DNA from: Lepidodermella squamata
Taxonomy: Eukaryota; Animalia; Gastrotricha
Length of the DNA stretch: 64,000 nucleotides
Assembly: GCA_047495785.1 (NCBI GenBank)
Contig: JBLDXI010000011.1
Coordinates: 1,884,905 to 1,948,904, forward strand
Reading direction: 5' to 3'
The position numbers were made by a program, and so were the translations under genes. Numbering within the stretch: position 1 is the first letter of the stretch; each line of letters begins with the position of its first letter. Below are positions 38,234 through 51,244 of this stretch, one piece after another. Below the pieces are notes generated by a model, which had not been told where the DNA came from, searched no databases, and saw nothing but the letters and a program-made list of their open reading frames with translations.

Positions 38234-38479
38234 TCAGGCCTTCAGGCCAATGTTATTAGATTTCTGAAAGTATTCGTAGCATATATGCATTTTATTTGCA
38301 AGAAGATAACAGGGAGATCACATTTTTCTATAATCACATTTCATGTAATATATCGATGAAAGATCACAGAAAAACCTCACGGTAAAGGATGTTTTTGGTA
38401 TAAAATATATTCCTTTCTTAACAATGTCGTGTACATAAGAGCAATTTAAATTGCGGGTGTCGGTCACGCGCGAAAGGGC

Positions 38480-38712
38480 GACATTGAGCTGACAGGGCGC
38501 TGCTTAAGAGACCGGCCAACAAAATGGAAGGTTTGACCCTGGCTTTTGGTGATTGAGCAGCTGAAGGCTAATCGGACGGGAAACTGCCTTCGACGAATGG
38601 CAACAAGTGCACCATCCTGATCGGCAATGAGAGGAATGCGTTGAATCTGAGCACCAAAGCTCCCAGTAAGAATCTCGCCTTCGATGACAACGTTATGTCG
38701 CGATCGCTGAAC
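38480..38712 (-). mobile_element. Helitron PIF1-type helicase fragment
   Basis: VIEGEILTG...RIPLI...RRRQFPVRLAFSCSITKSQGQTF..VG. Confidence 0.85.
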
Positions 38713-38734
38713 AGATGGTCTAGTTCCATTGCAT

Positions 38735-39005
38735 CTTTCCATTTGGCCCATCTCTATTACAGTCGAGTCCTATGGCAGCAGTCGGTGGAGATCGGCAAGC
38801 TTCACTCACTTGCCTCATTTTGTTCGCTGACAGGGGTGAATCGTAGGCAGTAACACGCGCCATATTGTCATTTTTCCATCAAGCCGTACTTCGTATTGGT
38901 CTCTCGACCGAAAGCTCCTCCGGCTGCAATCGATGGCACCCATTGAATGGCCGAGTCTGATTCGTAGAACAGCTTCCGATCGACAACTGTCGAATTTGAG
39001 TACAT
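38735..39005 (-). pseudogene. LamG-like family exon-3 fragment (copy 5)
   Basis: Degenerate match to the MYSNST...SAIQWVPSI...KYGLME...NRDGPNGK region, with an indel. Confidence 0.85.
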
Positions 39006-39035
39006 TTTACCCATTAATCATCAACGTATTGAAAC

Positions 39036-39221
39036 GGGTTGAAGCAGTTTCGATTTCAACAGGGGCGCAGGTGTTCTCAAGGAGGTGCTTGGCGCAGACT
39101 CACGGCGAGTCAAAGCGAGTTCGATTCGTTCACCGGGAACGTTGATAAATTCTGATCAATGCCAACGATTAGTCTACATGGAACACCTGCGCCCCTTTTG
39201 AAATCGAAACCGCTTCAACCC
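39036..39221. mobile_element. MITE-like palindrome
   Basis: About 41 bp TIR GGGTTGAAGCrGTTTCGATTTCAA..GGGGCGCAGGTGTTC. Confidence 0.7.
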
Positions 39222-40041
39222 ATTGTGAATCCACAACTTCCCGTTACCGCTCGCCCTTGAGCCGGAAGTTCTCACTTGTCTGCAGATCCAATCCAGTCCA
39301 GATCCAGCTTTAGAAGCGCTCAATTCCGGGCCCAACTTAGTTTCGTGCGCCCCCCTCCCTCTTCAACATTAATATAGTTGAATAAAGTGGAAAGAACACT
39401 TAGTTTTCAATATTCAAGAAAAGGAAGTGATGATACAGTACAGCTAACATGCCTATCGAAAATGAGTGCGCTAGGTGTCGTTTTTTTTTGTTTTGATAGT
39501 GTCGACACGAAATAACACCGTCTATGCTGGCTCACTGTCAATGTAATTAGGCTGAAAAATTAACAAAATGTTTGATATAACGCCGCTTTTTGAGCAGTGG
39601 CAATGATACATAACAAAAAGCAATTAGCGTGAGTCATTGAGAACGTGGTGGCCGCGCACGCGCCGGTTTGCCGCTAGCTGCATACTAGCCAGTGACGTAA
39701 TGGATGGGTTGTTATTGAGTTTTGGCAAGTTGCCAATAACTCTCAGCTTGAATTGCTATAGCCGAAAATCATTGAATTTTTGAAGACACGACGTATTTCA
39801 ACAGGAAAAGTAAATGAAACTGAAAGATCAGTTTACTTGGACGCTGCAAGAAGCAGTGAGCGAAGTAGGATCCTCAAGTTAGGTCGTATTTTCCGGCTTA
39901 AGCTTTATCACCCTGTTGTTTTTTCAGGGGTTTCCACCTTGCCCTTGGGAACTAGGGGGTCCCATTCCGCCGGATACTTCAGGTACTGCCAAGAAGTATT
40001 AAGGCTTAATTTCGGACTAGAATTCAGAGGCGAAAGTCCTT

Positions 40042-40179
40042 AGCGAAGTACCGCTAACGGTATTAGGGATCATCCCTACCCGTTCCTTAGGTCCGTACGG
40101 TGAGCTCATTCAAAGACCGAAGGAGAGGCTCTTATGTCGATTTCTGTAATCCCTACCAGTTCCACGGACCTACTTCGCT
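40042..40179. mobile_element. Short MITE with AGCGAAGTA TIR (second copy 58661-58802)
   Basis: Terminal IR and colinear internal similarity between the two copies. Confidence 0.7.
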
Positions 40180-40312
40180 TTATGGTTCTCATTCATCGGA
40201 AATAAAATATTGTTTGAAAAAGCCGTGTTCTGAATCTCCAACAAATTTATTTATCGTAAATCACGCGATTAAGAAAAATATTTTGTTGAAAATCAGCCGA
40301 TTAATCGTGGTT

Positions 40313-41295
40313 TTAGTTCGAACCAACGCATATATCCATGGTAACGCCATATATCGTAGCTGTGGTAGCGCCTGTTCTGCTGGTCGTACCGCCGAGGGCA
40401 AAGCAGCAACCCTGGAATGTAGCGTGTTCATATGCACGCGTGGGGTTGGTGACCTATATCAATTATTAAATCAATTATAATTGGAAATTAGAAACAAAAC
40501 GTAAGCTCACCAATGTGCTAGATACAAGAACGCTATTAGCAGAGCTACCCGAGTAGGGGAATCGAACACAAGCGCCGGAGGGTGATGAAGCCACCGTAGA
40601 TGTTACTTTGTACGGAATATCGTCAGTTGCTCCAATGCAGGTCAAGATGCCAGCCGTATTTCTCGGCTGCGCGATGATTTCGTATTTGATCAAGAAATAG
40701 TTAGCAGGTGTCTGTGTGGCCGCGCAGCACGCAGCAAATGTGCTGAAGCTGTTAGGCGTAGCTGTAGAAGCCTAGCCACATAAATCCGGAATGAACTACC
40801 GTGACAGGGCGGGGAAGGGAAATAATTACCACAGCAGCAGGTGTCATAGTCAGGTAAGCAGTACAAGAAGATCCTGCGACGTTGTGGCAGAATTTGACAG
40901 TTTCAGCCAATCCAGGACCAGTCCCTAGTGTTGTCATTGAGCACATCTGGTAGGTAGCCTTAGGTAGAAACGGAGGAAATATAGAATTTAGTGACGAAAA
41001 CAATTGGAGATAATACCGCGGCTTGGCAAGTCTGGCCAGCTGTTGGGCACTGGCTGTTGGTTTTAAGGACGCAATTGCTGGCTGTTGAGTCACAGGTGTT
41101 AGCCGTTGTTTGGCAGGTCGAGCCGGTGGTGCATGCGCTGGATGATGAAGATGAAGAGCTCATGCAACTTTGACCAGTTGGGCAAGTGGCAGTGGCAGTG
41201 GAAGTCGTTGGGCACGGAGTCGTAGTTGTCGACGAAGGGCAAGCTGTTACAGCGGCACAGGCAGCAGCGAGAATCACAAGAGTAAGGTAAGCCAT
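40313..41295 (-). CDS. Secreted Cys/Thr-rich family member B, 269 aa; exons 41295-41017, 40958-40830, 40771-40511, 40453-40313
   Basis: Open after three phase-0 introns; FSTFAACC, KYEI, CVRFP, TFQGCC, YGVTMDIC. Confidence 0.85.
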
Positions 41296-42022
41296 TGTAA
41301 TATCGTTGAACGAATTTGAAGAAAAAGATGAAAAGAAACGATGCTCCTAGCTCCGTTTTGCTAGGAACTTTAAAGCTGCACTGCATTAGGTCAGACCCGT
41401 TTAGCTTAACAGGCCGTATGACTAGGTTTCCCGAAGGTTTTCAAGGCAATAATCGAAACACCGGGCATCATGGCTGCTCGAAAACTGATATGATGACTTG
41501 AATGTTAGTCGCCGATTATCTGTATCGAACTTCAATAATATGCAATCGATACAAGCCTGCCCGCGAATTTATTCGAGTGAATACGAAACAAGAAAGAATT
41601 TAGTGATGACATTTGCGAATTCTGAAGCATAAAAAACTAATATTTGGCATGAAAAAACGCCACGTATTTGTTACGGAAAAATAGCGTAGTTTTAGTTCTA
41701 ATTTACGTGTAATAAATTCCAAAATTTAATTGCTTTTAGCGTAAAGATTCGGCTAATGAGTGCACATTTTTTGTTCAATCGACATTTTTTCATTTTGAGG
41801 TGTATTTACATCTTTAAACTTGAATTGACGGCAGCTTGATGTCTAAGTTAGGGTGGAAATAATCTTCAATTTTTTTCAATTTTCATTTAGATCGAGCTAT
41901 TCTCATCTGTCAAACACAACTTTAAAATTGTGAATATTCCACCAGCATGAAACAGGATATTAAAGCCACAGCTTCCGAGATTACCCAGCAACGAAACATT
42001 TATTCGGGACATAAAGAAACAA

Positions 42023-42402
42023 TGACCAGAGTGGGCACTCATGCTAATATTTCAGAATCTTCATTTTTATTCAAATTGAATTTCTCAGAACGGATGTCTC
42101 CGTTTTTCACCAAATTTTGCATGCATAGAGAACGCTAGCTGCTCTTTCGCGTGGTATAAGATTTGAGGTGGGCACCCCAACCGTTGTTACGATACAAAAA
42201 CTCTTTTTGGCCATCGTTTCATTTATTTTGATGAGATCAAGACTGAGCAGCAATTACCCACCTCAAATCTTATACCACGCGAAAGAGCAGCTCGCGTTCT
42301 CTATGCATGCAAAATTTGGTGAACAACGGAGATATCCGTTCTGAGAAGCCCTCGATTTTATAATGCATATCAAAATTTTAGCTTGAGTGCTTACTCTGGT
42401 CA
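42023..42402. mobile_element. Palindromic MITE
   Basis: About 90 bp near-perfect inverted arms (42082-42172 / 42256-42347) plus a weaker outer IR. Confidence 0.7.
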
Positions 42403-43559
42403 CTTTTTTCTCTAATATGGTTCGGAAATAATATCCTCAAAGGCAGAAATAAAATGAAAAAAATGAAAAAAATTTCGTAAACTCGTGAGCTCCATTCACT
42501 TTTCTGGTATGCAATGTGTCAATAATGAAAGATGAAGGATGAGAAATATAACTTTTCATGAAATCAGCCTAGCTACGTAACCATGGAAATTAGCCGAAAA
42601 CATGGCATTACAGAAATCGGAATGACAAACTCAGAAATCAGCTCGCTTCGTGCCCGAATCTTCACAGCAATCTGTTTGGAGAAATTGCAATCATCACGCA
42701 TCCGTTATCGGAAATACTTATTTCTTATGTATTTTTTGTTTTGTTTCCTGTCAATTTTTGGTAACACTTTAAGAAAATTATCATAAGTGGATAATAATAT
42801 TAACTTTTTGTTACCACACCAAATTACAGCATTACTATTACATATAGTATTATTATTTAGTTCGTTTGCATTCATTTTTTTGTATTTCTATACAAACTAA
42901 AAACGCTACCACGATTATAATGAATGAATGAATAAATGATTTACTAGAATAGTTGGCCGGTTGACAAAATGACGTTTATTATGAAATATCTGATGCCAGC
43001 TCGCACTAGTTAGCAGAGACTTTAGCTATGTGCCCAGATCGTGGCAAAATTCGTAGTCAGCAGAACCCACTGCATTTTTTTACTTCGTTTTCAACGATCA
43101 AATAACTTGACGCTTGACGCCCATACCTCGCATACCTCGGCGCGGTAAAATAAGTGTGAGGGGTTACAGTTATTCTTGAATAAAAACTATAGAAGATAGA
43201 AGTAGAACAGACAATATATTTATAATGTTTTTATTTGTCCTCTTCGGGACTCAACGTCGCAAACCGTTTCCGGTTTTGAAGAGAGCGAAGGCAGGCGAAG
43301 AATGATCCCCACCCACCCCCACAGTCGAGGATTCTGCTTTTTGTATAGAATTCATAATTTTCAATCGAGTTGACAACCATGCGCCATTCATCTTTTACGA
43401 AAGAAATCGATTTCGCTAGTTGGACATCGGGAATAACTTTGATCCCAAAATTCTTTTCGCCGGGATTTTTCCTATTTTCTCGTTTCTTAGTGGTTTTATT
43501 TTTCTTATCCTCGCCCTTATTTTTATTATTGGCCTTCTTTTTCCGGCGAATTTCCTTAC

Positions 43560-44100
43560 TGAGACCTACTGTAAATAGGCTTATATGCACTACGTTGATC
43601 CATCTGGTTCGAGGTCTACCCCTGGGTGCAAACCACCCAAACGAAGGCGTCCAAGTATATTTTTCGTGTATATTAGTCCTTCTGCGTCATGTAGATCTAA
43701 TTATGTGACCTAGATACCTTAGCCTTTGTTTTTCAACAATGCGGCTCACTTCCGCAGACCTTCGCATAACGCAAGTCTAATGTCTATATTAGGAATATAG
43801 TCCATATTAGGTGGACACCTACTATTGATCGAAGCCATCGATATTCTACAGTTTTTAGTCTATTTTCTTGGGATATCGATATGTTCCACGATTAGCAGGC
43901 GTAAATGATGGTAGGCATTATAACACATGTCAGTACCTTGAGTTTTGTAGCTATGGAAACCTGATTTTTGTTGCACATGAATTTATTCATGGCTCCGAAA
44001 ACACTGCCTGCCTTAAAAATTCTGTAGTTTAATTCCTCATCGATTTTGCCGTTACTAGTAGTAATACTACCTAAGAAGTAGGAACAGACCATCTTCGGCA
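43560..44100 (-). mobile_element. RTE-clade LINE 3' remnant
   Basis: LGS..TSNGKIDEELNYRI.KA...F...TKLKV....MPTIIYAC, then PRGRPRTRW. Confidence 0.75.
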
Positions 44101-44528
44101 CTGAATTTACCTTAACCTAACTTGTCAAATGACCGTTCAAGTGAAAAATGGGTTGTGGCAATTTTTTCTGTATCTTTCATCGATCATTTTCAAATGAAGT
44201 CCAATTTCTCCGCAATATACTGATGGCTATCAACATGTTTTTAATATCGTTCGACTCCTCGTGGCATGATCTTGAAAGAGTCAGCAAATTCTCCCGAAGT
44301 CAAAAATGTCGCCAAACTCCACTAACCGTCAAATAGCATCAATAGGCCGAGTCATCGAGCTCATAGCTTTTTCAGCTCAGTTCAGGATTGATTTTCCACA
44401 TCCCTCTTCTTCTGCAAAACTTGAAAGATGAACAATTGAATAGTCGCTAATCCATTGTTTTTACGATGGTCCTTTGACTAAACAATTTGGACTGCACAGA
44501 AACTTTTGAAGACGGCTAACCAACCAGT

Positions 44529-44776
44529 CAGGGTGCGATCTTCGATCCCCGAGCTCCCGGGGATGGAACATTTTTTTTTGCTGTTTTCGCCAAAATGACG
44601 AGTCATTTCGGCTTATAATCGAGCGAAGCGAGAAAATTTTGGAGATTTTCCACTAAATCACGCCCCAGAACCTTCCAAAATTAACAAAACAGTGGGATAC
44701 ATTTTCATTTTGTTGTCTGGCCCGGCCGAGCTGGGGGGGATGATCCCCCCCACCCCCCCCTGAAAGTCGCACACTG
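44529..44776. mobile_element. hAT-type MITE
   Basis: TIR CAGkGTGCGA; perfect 8 bp TSD CAACCAGT (44521-44528, 44777-44784). Confidence 0.85.
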
Positions 44777-45164
44777 CAACCAGTTAATTTGATGATAACT
44801 TTCTCGAAGTGTGAACAACAACAAAATGATGAAAATTACACAAAAAAATTCTGCCGGCCAGGTCGAACAATTTTTAACGGGAAGGAGCAAACTCGCTTAA
44901 TGACAAAGCTGCTGTTGATCGCCCGAGTGTATGTTTCGTGGCTGGGTACCATTAGAAGCTTAGCTTGAATCTAAAATACCGTATTTTTCTTATTCAGAAA
45001 TTTTGAAAATTTTTGTGCTCGAACCGAGTTGACCCCTCAACTGGGCTAATATTGGAAAAACTACGGTATCTAGTTTCATGCTGGTGGAATATGGAAGTGA
45101 AATTCGAAACTATTTTTTCGTTAACCGTTGAAGGCACCTTGGCAGTTTTGCAGAATATGCCCGT

Positions 45165-45635
45165 TTGTAACATCTTGAACTTCGTCGAGAACCACTTTCT
45201 CTTCCACTACCACTTGCCCAACCGGTCAACGTTGCATGAGCTCTTCTTACATTACTGGCACTACCTGCCAAACAACCACAAACACCAGTGACTGCACTGC
45301 CAGAAATTGCATTCCTAAAACCAATAGCCAGTGCGCAACAACTGGCCAAACTTGCCAAGCCGCGGTATTAGCTTCGATTTTCACTAAATTCAATATTGCC
45401 TCCGTTTCTACCTAAGGCTACCTACCTGTGCTCAATGACAACACTAGGGACTGGTGCTGGGTTGGCTGAAACTGCCAAATTTTGCCACAATGTCGTCGCA
45501 GCTTCTTAGTGCTTACCTGAAAGTAACATCTGCTACTGTGGTAATTATTTCCTTCCCTCGCCATATCATGATTTTTCATTCCGGATTCATGTGGCCAGGC
45601 TTCTACTGATACACCCACCAGCTGCAGCACATTTG
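45165..45635 (+). pseudogene. Truncated pseudogene of the secreted Cys/Thr-rich family (inverted relative of member B)
   Basis: Retains exon 1, intron 1, exon 2 and the start of exon 3; in-frame TAG at 45507; no signal peptide or ATG. Confidence 0.85.
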
Positions 45636-45944
45636 GGACGGAGTTTGAGACTCACTAATGGGATAAAACAGCCTAAATCCCCCAAGGTATTCACCGGCGT
45701 TAACGATTTTTCGTATTTTAATCAGGCTGATAGCTAGAGATCCAATTAGCAAATCTTACCTAATATAGAATATTTCTGGGCCCACATTAGTTTCAGCAGT
45801 ATCGCGTATTTCCTAGATCAATATAATTTTTGTATTTATTTACTACGGAGATAATTGGACTTAATTAAAATAGCAATAAATTAAAAAACACGTGTTTTCG
45901 CCGATACCTGCTCTTTTTGGAGGAAATTCTTAATTGTTCAATTC

Positions 45945-48900
45945 CACTGAGACGCAAAATGCGCGTATCATTTGAAAAGATGCGCGAATTCGTAGTGATA
46001 AAATAATGCGCGTGTTTTCTGACAAAGATGCGCGTCAGTTTTATCGCGCTCTAAAATGCGCGTATTATTTGGTCAGGAAAGAGGCGCGTAATTTCACTCA
46101 ATTTATACGCGCATTATTCGAGTTGATGTGACGCATATTTTTCACCGTTTCATTCGCGTATTTTCTGTTGATCAGGTAGCGCGCTTTGCGCCACTGTTAA
46201 ATACGCATATTTTATATCCATTTTCCTATTGGTCGATCTGCGCACCGGTTCACGGTCTGTTGCGCAACATTACACCGTCATTTTAACATTTTTTTCGAAT
46301 CGTATCCAGGCCCTTTTTCATCATCGTCGTCGTTTTCATATTCACCACATTTATTTTATTATTTATTTCAGGGCTGCAAAACCTCCCGTAAATTTCCCGC
46401 TAATTTTGAGCAATTTATTGTAATTTTTCAAAAACTTTCGCGGCCGAATTTCCCGCGCACCAGGTGCGACATTTTCGCATTTTTCGCACCCCTGATTTAT
46501 TTTTCCGATGATTGTCAAAAATTTGTAATTTCAAAATGTTGTCTTCGCCACATTTTTCGCGCGGCGGGCAGCCGATTTGTTTTTTTTATATAAGAATTAT
46601 TTATCATTTTTATTGCTAATTAACTCGCGCACGAAATTTTAATTTTTCATTTTGCAGATTTTTCGCGCATATTGGATTTTGCCTGCGTGACAACAACAAT
46701 TAGCTATTTTCACGCTATTAAAAGAACTCTAACGTCTAATTTTATGAAATATTTATAAACATATTTTCGATCGCAATGTTTAATGTTCGATCGCAATAAA
46801 GAATTTCATTTTCGTATAATCGCGCACACTGAACTCGCGTGTGCAAAAAATAGGTGTGTGAAGTTTTGCATTGTTATTAACACCCATTGCGCGACTTATT
46901 TCTGCGCGACTTATTACTGCGCGACTAACACCCATATATCAATTATGCGTGCGTGTTAAATACGCTGTTACGCGGTGTACAGAACTTGACTGACAGTGTG
47001 CAGATGAAGGAAAAAGATTTTTTAAAAGTGAAGTTATTTTCAAGTTTTCAATGGTTAATCGCACTTTAGAACAAACCTTTAGCAGCTGGAAAAACGTATA
47101 AATGATTTATTTATCGAATAACGAATATTTGATGGAAATTCGACGGAAATGACGTGAAAAGATGTAAAAGGGGAAAAGTGTAAAGCGTAGAAATGGCAGA
47201 TGGCTGGGGCACCGCCCGGCCAAATAACCTACCTGATTACTAACTTCATGAGATAAAAATCCGCATCCTGAAATTAAATGATGAAAAGCAATGATTTCGT
47301 GTAAAAAGTGTGAAGATACATGAAAAAAACAGTGTAAAGTATTCAAACTTGGCCTGCACTCTTTGAAGCCTGAAATTTTTAAAAGTGCGAGCAGATAACC
47401 GGCGCGCCGTTGACTGCGCGGCGCCTTTGAGTGTGACCGCGCGGCGGCTCGCCTTTGTGATGCAACCAGCGCCAAAGCTGTCAACGCAGTGTAGTCTCTG
47501 CGTGCCCTTATTACCGCCTTAATTTTTTACATCGTTTTTGCTATTTTCATTTCATCATTTTATTTACATGATAGATTATTGACGGCGTTGATCCTTGACG
47601 ATTAATCATGGTGGTGTTAAATTGTCCACAGATGTAGCCAACGGGTTAGATAATGACTAATAAATGACGTTGTCATGATACTTGAACTGAGTGTATTTAA
47701 TAAAATATAATCGCCGCCGTCTTATTCAGCTGGTGCTAGTAATTGGCACCTGGATTGAAAGAAGTGAAGTGTTCGGGTATCCCGTGGCGCGGTCGCGACA
47801 CGTGTGCGAGTGAAGTTGCGGTGCGAGGACACGTTCGAAATAGCCGAGGTGTAAAATCACGGACCGTGAAAAAGTGCGTCTGTTGGCCCGCCCACTTCGA
47901 CCGCGCCGTCGTTCTGTTATCGAGCGAAAAATCTAGGCGCGAAATTTAAATTTTGGCGCCCAAAAAGTAGGCGGAGCTTGATTGGCCGTCGCAGCCAACA
48001 CCTCAATATTGTTGTCTCCGGCGGCAGCGGCGACTTTTTATTACACGCAATAATTTCCACTTTCGTATTATTTGACCCTATACCACTCGCCGGCCTCGCG
48101 CGATGTGTCCGTATTATTTTTCTTCATTTTCAAAAGTCTCCCGACCAGCCTTGATTTTACTCCTTATTTTATGTCAATAATTTCATTCTTTGTAGGTAGT
48201 TTCTCACTACAGCAAATTATTTTTCAAACTTTCCAGTTCCCCGTGTTGAATGTCATTATTCATGAATCGCCGTTCTTTTCATTTTTAGATTGCAGCGTCC
48301 TAGGCATAATTGCTCATGTTTCCATTTTTTAAGCTGGCAGGTTTATCAACATGTTGAATTGCGGCATTTTTTCATAGCTTCATTCCCGAAATGTTATGCT
48401 AATATGTTCATGCAGGCTCAATTCGCCGGCAGCGCCTAGTTTTCACGTTCAAAAGTTTAGGACATTTATTTTAATGGTGTAAATAATTTCAGATTATTTT
48501 TTTCGCATTGTTTTTTAGCGTTAAGTTTTGTGTTTTATTTTTATACGTTATTAGGTGTAGTGCTCGAAGTTATTTCAGCTGCAGCATTTTATGCTTGCTA
48601 AATTGTTTTATCAATAAAATTAATTTTATAAAATTGATAAAAAAAATTATTCTTGACCTTTCACCTTATTCCGCCGGAAAACTTATTCCCGTAAAACCCC
48701 GATGGTAACTTGTTCGGTTACTTCCGGTATTTTACCCAGTTAGACCAAATTTCACCACACTTTTTAATCCCATTACTTGATTATTATTCCCGTCATTTTT
48801 TTCTAATTTTCTGGCTATGGCATGTGACTACGTCTCTCATTTTAGAGTTTCTTAACCCTTTTCCGTGAATTTTCTTTGTTTGCGTTACTTATGGGACACG

Positions 48901-50056
48901 CTGTAATTATATTAACGCAGCCCTTGTCGTTTGATTATTTTTTTCGAATTGTTTTTTAGCGTTAAGTTGTTTTATATTGATTTATTTTTATACGTTATTA
49001 GGTGTAGTGCTCTGCCCTTTTTCGAATGTCAAATTTGCGAATATACATAAAACTAGCATGAGTCAAATTTAAAAACTTAATTTAAATTCTAAATTTTTTT
49101 AGAAATTTAACTAGCATGAGTCAAGCTAAGAAGAGAAGGCGGCCTGATCCTGATGTCTTATTTCGTTGTCCAGTTAGCGGCTGTGGTTTTTTCTCGTCCG
49201 TAATGAATGATTTCGAGGAGCATTTTAAAACCCTGCATCACGAAATTTTGAAATCGCGCCAGCCGCAGACGTTTTTATGCCCGAGGGACTGTCATCATGG
49301 GCCAATTTTGCATATGAAACATTTCAAAGAACATGTCGCTTCATGTAGCGCGCCGATAAGATCGTCGCATGTTTCGAATGTTTCGGAGCCGGAAATTCCG
49401 ATTTTCGTTACTCAACCGCCTATTCCGCAGAAGAAAGCTCGCGTCGAACATGCCGACCGATCTATTCGTTACCAGGAAGTTCGTCTCACTGAACAGGCCA
49501 GTCGCGACGAGGCGAATTTTAACGATGTATTGAAGGATTGTTTGAAGATGCGCATGCGAGGCCAACAAATTCGCGATATTGATGAATATGTTGCTGGCCG
49601 TGTAAATCAATTCCGTATATACGGACAAATGGATTCAGCTCGAGTTCTGACGCCATTGGCTACTGAGCGCAGCCGAAATCGTTACTTCGAGGCGACTGGC
49701 CAGCGCATTAAACCGCAAGAAGTTGACTTCGGTTATGGTCGAAAGGGTTATTATATGCCCTTCCTTCCAACCTTGACTGCTGTGCTTAAAGTCCCATCAG
49801 TTCAAACTCAAATATTCGAGCCACCTGTGGCGCCTGGCGACGGTATTCTAACCGATTTTATTCATGCGGATTTCGCCAAGGAGCTGAGAGAATCATCGGG
49901 CTTCGAACACGTCATTTTTATTCTATTCCATCTCGACGATCTCGGTCTCACCAATGCACAAGGTAAAAATTGTTTAATATTCCAAAAAATTTAGAAAATC
50001 TAAAAATATTCAACAATATTCCAAAAATTCAAAAAAATTATTAAATTTAAACAAAC
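45945..50056 (+). mobile_element. CACTA/EnSpm (CMC) transposon, 5' part, truncated
   Basis: CACTG terminus, followed by at least five direct ATGCGCG and several inverted subterminal motifs (45955-46210), then a transposase exon. No right end found. Confidence 0.65.
49116..49962 (+). CDS. EnSpm-type transposase N-terminal exon (truncated)
   Basis: NLS KKRRR, two C2H2-like fingers, YMPFLPTL..VL, DGILTDFI, and ILFHLDDLGLTNAQG (resembles LYxDDFExxNPLG). Donor gtaaaa at 49963. Confidence 0.72.
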
Positions 50057-50781
50057 AAACAGTCCACTAGGCCGGCCATCGTCGAAAGCTGGATCTCCAC
50101 TACCTTGGCCGCTCACACTTGCGAAGAACGAGACAGAGAATCCGGCTGGTTTCAGCGGTACCATCGTTTTGTAGGCAGCCAGGGTTTTATTATCACTCAT
50201 TTTCATATTGATACAGCAGTAACCAACTGCGAAGCTGAAGTAGCCGGAATCTTCTCCGTATGGCGAACTAGCCTCCAACGAAACACTACTCGATCTGCTA
50301 TCGGGCTTGATTCCGCAGATTGTGTCGTTCAGTTGCGAGTTTCTGTCCAGATAAGGGGCGAATACAAGAGATTTAGGTTGCGGCCATGGAACGCCGAGTT
50401 GCACTGAATAAAGATCAATAAGTTTTTTGTAAAAGGATAGCCAAAACTGTAACTTAGAAACATTAAGCCATGAATAAATCGCTTTTTAACCGAATTACGG
50501 AATTTAGAATCAAAGGAATCTTCTTGACCTACAGCCGTAACATGTCAATTCCTCTCTATGTCTCTATGGTGCAAGAAGCCGAATCGAGAGTACGATTTCT
50601 ACAGGTTAGAAATTTAGCATGTTATCTCGGGTCTTTTGATGTGATGGAAAAGAGCGATTCAAGCGAACTAATTATTGAAAAATTACTTTAAATCCACGCG
50701 GCACATGATTCACAAATCTACAGTAATATTATGACATGAATTTCATAAGTTGAGAATTTTGAAATTTGAAGATGGCTGCGA
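49866..50781. repeat. Left arm of a 916 bp inverted duplication (right arm 52242-53157)
   Basis: Reverse-complement identity; three identical ORF pairs in the track; both boundaries read directly from the sequence. Confidence 0.95.
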
Positions 50782-51244
50782 AAAATATTAATTTAATTAT
50801 AAGATATTAGGCTTATTTATTGTTAACGAATGTTGCCTCAATTTTCGCCCATTTAAAACTATTTTCCCAGTAATAACTTTCTTCTGTCCCTGGAAGTGTC
50901 CACACCTGTGTACATAGGTAAATATGCTTTTAATGTAATTATTTGTGTGCTATGCATTGAAGAGAGAGATGCTGAAGGACAAAAGCACTTTTCGCGCATT
51001 TTCCAGCACCACCGCTGGCATTATACCTATGGGCATATCTTGAATCACAACTATTTTTTACGAGGCCACGTGCCGTAGATTTGTTTAAGCGTAGCCAGTA
51101 TACAGGCATAGGCTTTGGTCTTTCACAAAAAGCTGTGTCAATAGCATTACTCTACGTTGTGCGTGATATACAAGGCTGCAGTGCTGAAACAATTTCAGTG
51201 TAGCTCAAATTATCGATTATTCATAATTATCTTTAAACTACTTC

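Noticed and set aside
43231-43708. Lys-rich / Phe-rich opposing ORFs
   Set aside because: Low-complexity sequence overlapping the 3' end of an RTE remnant.
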